64,000 nt of DNA, from the NCBI GenBank assembly GCA_965116875.1, contig OZ220733.1, forward strand, positions 768,001 to 832,000, in the 5' to 3' direction. The translations under genes and the position numbers were made by a program. Below are positions 56,722 through 64,000 of this stretch, piece after piece. The stretch comes from Candidatus Latescibacterota bacterium. GTDB lineage: Bacteria; Latescibacterota; UBA2968; GCA-2709665. Numbering within the stretch: position 1 is the stretch's first letter; each line of letters opens with the position of its first letter. Under the pieces are notes generated by a model. That model was not told the origin of the DNA. It saw nothing but the letters and a program-made list of their open reading frames with translations, and made no database searches.

Positions 56722-58149
56722 ATGTCAACCAACGCGCGGATCTTCATCCTGGTGGTCTTGCTGACGCCACCGGCGGTTGCCTGTTATCACCGGGTGCAGA
56801 TGGACGATCCGTATATCACGTACCGATACGCGCGAAACCTCGCGGAAGGGCGTGGCTTCATCTATAACGAAGGCGAACGGGTGCTTGGAACCACGGCGCC
56901 GCTCTACGCCGTGCTCCTCTCCGTTCCCGGCCGGTTTTCCGGAAACTATCCGCTGATCAGCACCCTTTTCAGCGGCGCCGCGCTGGGGGCGCTTGGATGG
57001 CTGATCGGGCGCATTCTGGCAGACTTCAATGAAGGCAGGGCCGGTTTCGTCGCCGCGTTTCTGGTGGTTCTGAATCCGTATCTCGGCGACGTACTCGGCT
57101 TTGAACTGATTCTGTTCCAGGCGCTGATATTCGGCGGCTACGCGGCCTACTTTTCGGACCGCCCGAGCCTCGCGGCGCTGCTGCTTGCGCTTGGCGCGCT
57201 CACCCGCGGGGACGGACTCGTACCCGCCGGTCTCATCCTGGGACACCACCTGTGGATTCACAGGCGAGAGGCCTGGCGGCCGCTCCTTGTCTTCGCCGTT
57301 GTTGTTGGCGGGTGGTCGATCTACGCGGCGTGGACTTTCGGATCGCCCTTTCCCAATACGCTCGAGGCAAAGCGGGCCATGGGCGCAAGCGGGCTGTGGC
57401 GGTCGCTGTGGCACGGTGTTTTCTATACGGGCGGGCGTTATCTGCAGTCGTCGCCGTTGTTCGTCTGGTTCGTGCTGCCGGCGGTCCTGGGCGTGGGGAG
57501 GATGTTCCGTCTGGACAGGCGGTTTCTGCTCATCGCGGGCTGGCCGTTGCTCATCTTTGTCGGGTATTGGGCGATGGGCGTACCGGCGGCCTACAACTAT
57601 TACGCCGGACTCGTGCCGTTCCTGATGATCCTGACCGCTCTGGGCACGGTCTCGCTGGGCCGCCGGATCGCGGACAGGTTGTCCGACCGGCGTCGTCATG
57701 AAGGCCGGGTAATCGCGCTGCTTTGCGTTCCGCTTCTGGTTGCCGTCCTGGTCCCGACTGTCAGCCTGATGGGGCGGGAACCCCAGCCGAGATACCCGAT
57801 CTACAGGTCGGCGGGTGAGTGGCTCGCCGATCATACACCTGCGGCGGCTTCCGTCGGAATGGTCGAAATCGGCATCGTGGGTTTTTACAGCGACCGGTAC
57901 GTTGTGGACGTCTGCGGTCTGGTCACCCCTGCGGTCGGCCCCCATATCGCCGCGGGGGACGTTGCCTGGCCCGTCCGGACGTACAGGCCGGACTTCATGC
58001 TCCTGCACGATCCACTATGGGATTCGCTGGAAGGCCCGATTGCATCCGCGCCCTGGTTTCGGGAATCCTACAAACGCATCAGGTCCTTCGACGGCCCGCG
58101 CCCCTACAAGCTGGCCGTCTATAAAAGAAAGCAGATCGGTTCTCACTAA
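56722..58149 (+). CDS. GT-C type membrane glycosyltransferase-like protein
   Basis: [42 protein letters not shown] and G.VGFYS....VD..GLV; multi-pass membrane protein. Confidence 0.8.
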   Translation: MSTNARIFILVVLLTPPAVACYHRVQMDDPYITYRYARNLAEGRGFIYNEGERVLGTTAPLYAVLLSVPGRFSGNYPLISTLFSGAALGALGWLIGRILADFNEGRAGFVAAFLVVLNPYLGDVLGFELILFQALIFGGYAAYFSDRPSLAALLLALGALTRGDGLVPAGLILGHHLWIHRREAWRPLLVFAVVVGGWSIYAAWTFGSPFPNTLEAKRAMGASGLWRSLWHGVFYTGGRYLQSSPLFVWFVLPAVLGVGRMFRLDRRFLLIAGWPLLIFVGYWAMGVPAAYNYYAGLVPFLMILTALGTVSLGRRIADRLSDRRRHEGRVIALLCVPLLVAVLVPTVSLMGREPQPRYPIYRSAGEWLADHTPAAASVGMVEIGIVGFYSDRYVVDVCGLVTPAVGPHIAAGDVAWPVRTYRPDFMLLHDPLWDSLEGPIASAPWFRESYKRIRSFDGPRPYKLAVYKRKQIGSH

Positions 58150-58217
58150 AGAAAAACAGGCGAGCGCCTTTCCCGTCTCGTTCTGTATCGAACACACCTA
58201 ACAGGAGGAATCGCGAC

Positions 58218-58499
58218 ATGGGTGAAGCCCTCGGCATGATCGAAACCAGAGGTCTGGTGGCAATGATCGAAGCTACCGACGCCATGGTGAAAGCGGCCAA
58301 TGTAAAGCTGGTCAACTGGGAAAAAATCGGCGCGGGCTACGTGACCGCCGTTGTCCGGGGGGACGTGGCCGCCGTCAAAGCCGCCACCGAGGCGGGCGCC
58401 GCCGCCGCCGGCAAGATCGGTGAACTGATTTCCGTCCATGTCATTCCGCGCCCTCATGGCAGCCTCGAAGACGTGCTGCCCATTGGAAAATCGTCCTGA
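58218..58499 (+). CDS. eutM: BMC hexamer shell protein (EutM/PduA-like)
   Basis: [39 protein letters not shown]; RBS AGGAGG. Confidence 0.95.
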   Translation: MGEALGMIETRGLVAMIEATDAMVKAANVKLVNWEKIGAGYVTAVVRGDVAAVKAATEAGAAAAGKIGELISVHVIPRPHGSLEDVLPIGKSS

Positions 58500-58508
58500 G
58501 AAGCCTGT

Positions 58509-58670
58509 GAAGCTGTCTTAAAATTCCCAGCGGTCTTCGCGCGGCTGCAAAAGCGCCGGTCGGCATTGGTCAAACCCACCCGTATAGACAAATATGGGCG
58601 GGTTTTCCCGCCTTGACCGCCACTTTTTCGCTCGCGCTCGGGAACTCACCGGCAATTTTAAACCAACTTC
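58509..58670. mobile_element. MITE-like element, family A, copy 2
   Basis: GAAGCTGTCTTAAAATTCC...GCAATTTTAAACCAACTTC, 162 bp. Confidence 0.85.
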
Positions 58671-58682
58671 TGAGCGTTTATC

Positions 58683-58979
58683 ATGATTCTGGGCAAAGTG
58701 GTGGGGACGGTTGTCGCCACCCAGAAAGACAAGGGCCTCGAGGGGTTCAAGCTCCAGGTCGTGCAAACCCTGGATATGCAGACGCTGAAGCCGGGAAGCC
58801 GATTCCTGATTGCGGTGGACGCCGTCGGCGCCGGGGCCAATGAAGTCGTCCTGTGCACAAGCGGAAGTTCCGCCCGGATGACCGGCTCCACCGAAGACCG
58901 TCCGGTCGACGCGGTCGTCGTCGCCATCGTCGATTCGGTGGAAATGGAGGGTGAAACGACGTACCGGAAACACGCATGA
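58683..58979 (+). CDS. eutN: BMC vertex pentamer (EutN/CcmL)
   Basis: MILGKVVGTVVATQK...AVDAVGAG..E.V....GSSAR...PVDA.VVAIVD. Confidence 0.93.
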   Translation: MILGKVVGTVVATQKDKGLEGFKLQVVQTLDMQTLKPGSRFLIAVDAVGAGANEVVLCTSGSSARMTGSTEDRPVDAVVVAIVDSVEMEGETTYRKHA

Positions 58980-59069
58980 ATGAACCTTGACACGTAATTG
59001 TTCACCGACCTGAATGTCGAATAAATACAGATGAGCAAAGACGAATGGACGTCGAATTTCCAGGATGCC

Positions 59070-59370
59070 CGGTGAGACGGTAGACGTAAGCCGGGAGAGG
59101 GTAGAGAACCCCACGACACCCCACCACCTGGTGAGACGTAAGCCGGGAGAGGGTAGAGAACCCCACGACACCCCACCACCTGGTGAGACGTAAGCCGGGA
59201 GAGGGTAGAGATCGCCTGCCGTGTAAGGTTTCCTGCCAGGCCGCAGGCGAGTCGGAGGAACATATCGGCAAGGGCTTCTTCTACCGTCTCACCTCTACCG
59301 TCTCCCCTCATTTATTCTACCGTCTTACGTCTTGCGTCTACCCGATTTTCTCACCTCTACCGTCTCACCG
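59070..59370. repeat. Composite intergenic repeat: 2.5 x 52-bp tandem repeat bracketed by 15-bp inverted repeats and TCTACCG/TCTCACC heptamers
   Basis: Unit AGACGTAAGCCGGGAGAGGGTAGAGAACCCCACGACACCCCACCACCTGGTG starts at 59082, 59134 and 59186 (partial). Inverted repeat CGGTGAGACGGTAGA (59070-59084) / TCTACCGTCTCACCG (59356-59370). Confidence 0.85.
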
Positions 59371-59400
59371 CATTCAGGCTTTTTGTGGTCAATTTGACTG

Positions 59401-60837
59401 ATGAATCTCAACGAAGCGCAAATCAGATCTGTCGTAGAGGAAGTCGTTCGCACCCTCGCTCCGGAAGCGCAGGCCCCCGCGGTCGTCTCGTCCCGCGCCC
59501 GGACGGGCGGCAACGGGGACGACGGCATCTTCGAACGACTGGACAGCGCGATCGACGCGGCCGGCGCGGCCCAGCGCGAACTGGAAGCCCTTTCTCTCGA
59601 AGCCAGGCGCGAAATCATCGAGGCCATTCGAAAGGCGGCGCTGGACCATGCCAAGGGCCTCGCGCAGATGACCATCGACGAGACCGGTATGGGCAGAATT
59701 GCCCACAAGATCCGGAAATTCGACGTGGTTGCCCGTCTCACCCCTGGCGTCGAGGACCTGGAACCGGTGGCCTGGACCGGAGACCGCGGGCTGACCGTTG
59801 TGGAGCTGGCGCCCTTCGGCGTCGTTGCCGCGGTCACACCCTCCACGCATCCGGTCCCCACGACCGTGAACAACGCCATCAGCCTGATCGCAGCGGGAAA
59901 CAGCGCCGTATTTGCGCCCCATCCTGCCGCGAAAAACGTCTCCCAGCTGGGCATTCAGATCCTCAACCGGGCGATCGTCGACGCAGGGGGACCTCCAAAC
60001 CTGTTAACCACTGTGCACGAACCCGGTATTCAGATCGCGCAGGATCTCTTCGTCCACCCGAAAATCGATCTCGTTCTGGTTACGGGCGGGGGCGGCGTTG
60101 TCAAGGCCGCGATGCGCGCGCCGAAACGGGTCATTGCCGCGGGACCCGGAAATCCACCGGTGGTGGTCGATGAGACCGCCGACCTCGACGTGGCCGCGGA
60201 GGGAATCGTGGAAGGCGGCGCATTTGACAACAATATCCTTTGCATTGGTGAAAAGGAGATTTTCGTCGTCGAGTCCGTCGCCGACGAACTCAAGCAATCC
60301 CTGCTTGCCAGGGGATGCGTGGAGCTGGACCGCGGTCAGATAAAAAGCCTGACCGGACACGCGTTCACTGCAGACAAGGGCGGGGAACGCACCGTAAACC
60401 GGGAATTCGTGGGCCGAAACCCGCATGTTCTGGCCGAGAGCATCGGCCTGAACGTTCCGCCCGAAACGGAGTTGCTGGTTGGCGAGGTTGAATGCTCGCA
60501 TCCCTTCACGCAGAACGAGCAGATGATGCCGTTCATTCCAATTGTCCGCGTGCCCGATGTCAACGCCGGCATCGAAAGGGCCGTGGAGGCCGAGCATGGA
60601 TATCGCCACACGGCCGTCATGCACTCGAAGAACGTGGAAAACATGACCAACATGGCCCGGGCGTGCCGCTGCAGTCTCTTTATCAAGAACGGACCGTCCA
60701 CTGCCGGCGTGGGGGCCGGCGGCGAAGGATACACCTCGTTCTCCATCGCCACGCCCACCGGCGAGGGCTGCACGTCGGCCAGAACCTTCACACGCCAGCG
60801 GCGCTGCACGCTGGTCGACTATTTCAGGATCGTCTGA
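59401..60837 (+). CDS. eutE: CoA-acylating aldehyde dehydrogenase (EutE/PduP family), BMC-targeted
   Basis: ETGMG, TPGVEDL, PFGVV..VTPST.P, TGGGGVV, AGPGNPP, FDNNILCIGEKE, EQMMP. N-terminal encapsulation peptide NEAQIRSVVEEVVRTL. Confidence 0.92.
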   Translation: MNLNEAQIRSVVEEVVRTLAPEAQAPAVVSSRARTGGNGDDGIFERLDSAIDAAGAAQRELEALSLEARREIIEAIRKAALDHAKGLAQMTIDETGMGRIAHKIRKFDVVARLTPGVEDLEPVAWTGDRGLTVVELAPFGVVAAVTPSTHPVPTTVNNAISLIAAGNSAVFAPHPAAKNVSQLGIQILNRAIVDAGGPPNLLTTVHEPGIQIAQDLFVHPKIDLVLVTGGGGVVKAAMRAPKRVIAAGPGNPPVVVDETADLDVAAEGIVEGGAFDNNILCIGEKEIFVVESVADELKQSLLARGCVELDRGQIKSLTGHAFTADKGGERTVNREFVGRNPHVLAESIGLNVPPETELLVGEVECSHPFTQNEQMMPFIPIVRVPDVNAGIERAVEAEHGYRHTAVMHSKNVENMTNMARACRCSLFIKNGPSTAGVGAGGEGYTSFSIATPTGEGCTSARTFTRQRRCTLVDYFRIV

Positions 60838-60859
60838 AATCCGGCGAGGGCCGTCCTTA

Positions 60860-61021
60860 GAAGCTGTCTTAAAATTCCCAGCGGTCTTCGCGCGGCTGCA
60901 AAAGCGCCGGTCGGCGTTGGTCAAATCCACCCGTATAGACAAATATGGGCGGATTTTCCCGCCTTGACCGCCGCATTTTCGCTCGCGCTCGGGAATTCAC
61001 CGGTAATTTTAAAACAGCTTC
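60860..61021. mobile_element. MITE-like element, family A, copy 3, flanked by TTA...TTA
   Basis: 162 bp, TIRs GAAGCTGTCTTAAAATT / AATTTTAAAACAGCTTC, with a 3-bp TTA on both sides (possible target-site duplication). Confidence 0.85.
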
Positions 61022-61050
61022 TTACGTTCCAATTTCAATGCCAGGTGTCC

Positions 61051-61326
61051 ATGCAACTCGGCCGGGTCACAGGAAGAATCGTAGCCACAAGGAAAGACCC
61101 GACGCTCAATGGCGTCCGGCTGCTCGTTATCCGGCCTCTGGACCACCTCCGGAACGATCGTGGTGAAGCGCTGGTGGCCGTCGACGTGGTCAGCGCGGGA
61201 CAGGGTGAGACCGTCTACTGGGTCAGTGCGCGGGAAGCGCCCAACGCCCTGCCCGGGAAATACGGGCCGGTAGACGCCGCCATCGTCGGTATCGCCGACC
61301 GCATCGATATCCCAACCGAACAATGA
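61051..61326 (+). CDS. eutN: BMC vertex pentamer (EutN/CcmL)
   Basis: MQLGRVTGRIVATRK...VAVDVVSAG.GE.V...PVDAAIVGIAD. Confidence 0.9.
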   Translation: MQLGRVTGRIVATRKDPTLNGVRLLVIRPLDHLRNDRGEALVAVDVVSAGQGETVYWVSAREAPNALPGKYGPVDAAIVGIADRIDIPTEQ

Positions 61327-61372
61327 CCGAACCGCGCGCAGTTTTCCGGTCTTCCCCGAACCAGCGGACTCC

Positions 61373-61651
61373 ATGATTCTGGCTCGAGTCATTGGCAGCG
61401 TAGTGTCCACACTGAAACATCCGGCCTACAACGCCGCAAAACTGATGTTGGTACAACCCGTCCGGCCCGACGGCACAGACGAGAATCACACCCTGCTTGC
61501 CGTCGATGCGGCCGGCGCAGGCGCGGGCGAAACCGTCCTCGTCCTTCGCCAGGGCATTGCTGCCGCGCAGGTCCTGGGGGTGGACCGGCCGCCCATCCGC
61601 TCCGTTATCGTCGGGATCGTGGACCAGGTCGTCTGTGAGCAGCAACAATAA
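61373..61651 (+). CDS. eutN: BMC vertex pentamer (EutN/CcmL)
   Basis: MILARVIGSVVSTLKH...AVDAAGAGAGE.VLV...PIRSVIVGIVD. Confidence 0.9.
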   Translation: MILARVIGSVVSTLKHPAYNAAKLMLVQPVRPDGTDENHTLLAVDAAGAGAGETVLVLRQGIAAAQVLGVDRPPIRSVIVGIVDQVVCEQQQ

Positions 61652-61701
61652 AAACAACTCGCAGCCATCGACGATCCGGGCTGTAAACAGGTCACACCGC
61701 C

Positions 61702-62529
61702 ATGACGCTCCATCAGGCAAAACTCGATATCGTGGAAGCAGGACGCAGGCTCTACGACAAAGGTTACATCGTCTCGAGCGATGGAAACATCTCCGCCCGC
61801 TTCGACGAAGGCCGCCTGATTGTAACACCCGGCGGGCTGTGCAAAGGCAACCTGTCCGTCGAGGATCTGTGCGTTTGCGATATGGAAGGCAGGAAGATCA
61901 GCGGCGTTCGGAGTCCTTCCTCCGAAATCGGCATGCATCTGTTCCTCTACAGGGAACGGCCCGACATCAAGGCGGTCGTCCACGCGCACCCACCCACGGC
62001 GACGGGATTCTCGGTTGCCGGAATGCCGCTCACCGATTGTGTTCTGCCCGAAGTCGTGATCACGCTCGGCTCGATTCCCACGGCGAAGTACGGCACGCCC
62101 GGTGGACCGGAGATCTCCGAACCGATTCGAAAATTCGTCAAGGACTACGATGCCTATCTGCTTGAAAATCATGGCGCTACCACCGTGGGTTCCGACGTGA
62201 TGAACGCCTATTTCAAAATGGAAACCCTGGAACATTTCGCGCGAATCCTCTTTATTGCACGCCAGTTGGGCGGCGCCAATGTCCTGAACCGGGAACAGGT
62301 TGACAAACTCCTCCAGATCCGCAAACGCCTGGGCATCCGCGGACCGGATCCCGCGTGCGACGTCGGCACGGCGCCGGCCGGGGCCGACAACTCAAAAACG
62401 CAAATCCCCACACTTCGCACACGCAGCGCCTCGAGCCCTTCCGACAACCCTCCGCCGCCGAAAGACGAACTCATCACCGAAATCACCCGCCAGGTGATAC
62501 AGGAGCTCCGCACCGGGAAGCCGTTGTAA
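61702..62529 (+). CDS. Class II aldolase (fuculose/rhamnulose-phosphate aldolase-like) with C-terminal encapsulation peptide
   Basis: DGNISAR, TP.G..KG, PSSE..MH, AVVHAHPP, LLENHG. C-terminus DELITEITRQVIQELR after a Pro-rich linker. Confidence 0.9.
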   Translation: MTLHQAKLDIVEAGRRLYDKGYIVSSDGNISARFDEGRLIVTPGGLCKGNLSVEDLCVCDMEGRKISGVRSPSSEIGMHLFLYRERPDIKAVVHAHPPTATGFSVAGMPLTDCVLPEVVITLGSIPTAKYGTPGGPEISEPIRKFVKDYDAYLLENHGATTVGSDVMNAYFKMETLEHFARILFIARQLGGANVLNREQVDKLLQIRKRLGIRGPDPACDVGTAPAGADNSKTQIPTLRTRSASSPSDNPPPPKDELITEITRQVIQELRTGKPL

Positions 62530-62558
62530 AGTTCCCGGTGCGTTCCCGAGCGTCGCCT

Positions 62559-63749
62559 ATGAAAATCCTCGTCGCCAACGTCGGCAGTACGTCGTTCAAG
62601 TACAAACTCTTTGATATGACCGGCGAGACGGTGCTCGCCGAGGGGCGCCTGGAACGTATCGGCGACACGCGGTGTCCCGTGCAACATCGCATGGGGCCAT
62701 CGGAAACCCGATCCACCTGTGCGCTTCCCGATTACCCGTCTGCGATCCGGAACGTAATGGAGGCTCTCGGGAACCTGGTTGGAAGCCGCGGAGGATCCGG
62801 CCTGGATGCGGTTGGGTTCAAGACCGTCCACCTGCGCGGCGAACCGGGGACGTACGTGCTGGACGACGGGATTCTTGAGCGCATGGCCGACTACAACGAT
62901 CTTGCGCCGGCCCACAACCCCCCGTACATACAGGCTGTCCGGATCTTTCGCACGCTCTACCCGGATCTTCCTCTGATCGGGCTTTTCGAACCGGCCTTCC
63001 ACGCCACCATTCCGGATTACGCGTACACCTACAGCGTTCCTTTCAACTGGTACGAGACCTATGGCGTGCGCAAATACGGTTTCCACGGCGCCTCCCACCG
63101 GTACGTCTCGGAAAGAGTGCCACGGCTCCTCGACCGGCCCGCCGCCGGATTGAACCTGATTTCCTGCCATCTGGGCGGCAGCGCGTCTCTGTGCGCCATC
63201 AAGGACGGAAGGTCAATCGACACCACGATGGGATTCTCCGCCCAGGACGGTATTATCCACGGAAACCGGAACGGCGCCATCGACCCGTTCATCATTCCGT
63301 TCATCATGGACCGTGAAAACCTCTCTACAGACGACGTCCGACGCATTCTCACCACGGAAAGCGGCCTGGCCGGCATCTCCGGCCTAAGCGGCGACGTCCG
63401 CGACCTCGAAACGGCCGCCGATGCCGGCAACCGAAGGGCACGACTGGCCATCGAGACATTCTGCTACGGCGTGAAAACAGCCATCGGCGCAATGGCAGCC
63501 GCCCTTGGCGGAGTCGATGCGCTGGCCTTTGCGGGTGGCATTGGCGAACGGGGCGTTCACGTTCGGCGGCGCATCTGCCGGGGTCTGGAATTCCTGGGAA
63601 TTGAACTTGACCCGGGAACGAACGCCACCGGGCCTCCGGAGCGGCTGATCTCCGCTTCCGAAAGCACCGTAAAAATCGCGATTGTGACCACCAACGAAGA
63701 AATCATCGTGGCCCGCGAGACCGCGGCCCTCGTCCAGCGCATGTCCTGA
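62559..63749 (+). CDS. ackA: Acetate/propionate kinase
   Basis: MKILVANVGSTSFKYKL, APAHN, RKYGFHGASH, CHLGGSAS, DT.MGFS, F.GGIGE, TNEE. Confidence 0.93.
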   Translation: MKILVANVGSTSFKYKLFDMTGETVLAEGRLERIGDTRCPVQHRMGPSETRSTCALPDYPSAIRNVMEALGNLVGSRGGSGLDAVGFKTVHLRGEPGTYVLDDGILERMADYNDLAPAHNPPYIQAVRIFRTLYPDLPLIGLFEPAFHATIPDYAYTYSVPFNWYETYGVRKYGFHGASHRYVSERVPRLLDRPAAGLNLISCHLGGSASLCAIKDGRSIDTTMGFSAQDGIIHGNRNGAIDPFIIPFIMDRENLSTDDVRRILTTESGLAGISGLSGDVRDLETAADAGNRRARLAIETFCYGVKTAIGAMAAALGGVDALAFAGGIGERGVHVRRRICRGLEFLGIELDPGTNATGPPERLISASESTVKIAIVTTNEEIIVARETAALVQRMS

Positions 63750-63909
63750 CAGCCCGTTGAAAAAGTCCATCCGGGCTACGGCCGGCCCTTGTGGTCGAAA
63801 TACTGCGTTGCGCTCCCTCGCCGAATCGAGAGATGGGACTCGGTCGCGCGCCTTGTCTTCGACCACTATGGCTCGGCCTCGCCTGCAGAGCGACTTTTTC
63901 AACGGACTG
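63750..63909. mobile_element. MITE-like element, family B (160 bp)
   Basis: TIRs CAGCCCGTTGAAAAAGTC / GACTTTTTCAACGGACTG. Related ends occur at 47462 and 49151. Confidence 0.75.
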
Positions 63910-63948
63910 CTAACGCACGGATCCTGAAACCCATGATATCCCTTTCCA

Positions 63949-64000
63949 GATGCTGTCTTAAAATTCCCAGCGGTCTTCGCGCGGCTGCAAAAGCGCCGGT
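63949..64000. mobile_element. MITE-like element, family A, copy 4 (cut by the window end)
   Basis: GATGCTGTCTTAAAATTCCCAGCGGTCTTCGCGCGGCTGCAAAAGCGCCGGT matches the left end of the other copies. Confidence 0.8.

Noticed and set aside
59070-59211. CRISPR-like appearance (30-bp repeat with 22-bp intervals)
   Set aside because: The intervals are identical to each other, so this is a plain 52-bp tandem repeat. There are no cas genes in the window.
56637-61050. Small ORFs starting MTA(T/A)FSL.LGNSP at 56637, 58613 and 60964
   Set aside because: They are translations of the family A MITE. The real eutN start is 61051.

Overview
GC-rich bacterial window with five blocks. Lineage is inferred only from gene content and is probably an FCB-group or Latescibacterota-like organism, possibly host-associated. 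(1) 1-5.6 kb: housekeeping genes (YkgJ-type Cys-cluster protein, enolase, TPR protein, NRAMP-type transporter, aldo-keto reductase). (2) 6-35 kb: a co-oriented minus-strand cluster of secreted modular proteins, nearly all carrying a paired EF-hand, dockerin-like tag. The tag comes in two sequence classes. Cohesin-like domains occur in two 'adaptor' proteins and in one small protein that also has a FlgD/T9SS-like C-terminal domain. The attached domains are zinc metalloproteases, WD40, YWTD and unnamed beta-propellers, three LRR classes, cadherin, FN3, GLUG and CARDB; no glycoside hydrolases are recognisable. An AT-richer island of five lipoprotein genes interrupts the cluster, and two AraC regulators with Asp-less receiver domains head it. 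(3) 35.5-41.3 kb: a large gingipain/PorU-like C25 peptidase. (4) 41-55.4 kb: a Wzx/Wzy-type surface-polysaccharide operon with a sulfotransferase and a Wzi-like protein. (5) 55.8-64 kb: a divergently transcribed PVM-like bacterial microcompartment operon (pduL, BMC-H, three eutN, aldehyde dehydrogenase, class II aldolase, acetate kinase), punctuated by MITE-like palindromic repeats. The best candidate for an undescribed system is a non-cellulolytic, hierarchical cohesin-dockerin surface complex displaying proteases and eukaryote-like repeat adhesins, possibly anchored through the adjacent C25 enzyme and polysaccharide. All domain calls come from motifs read by eye; no database searches were run.
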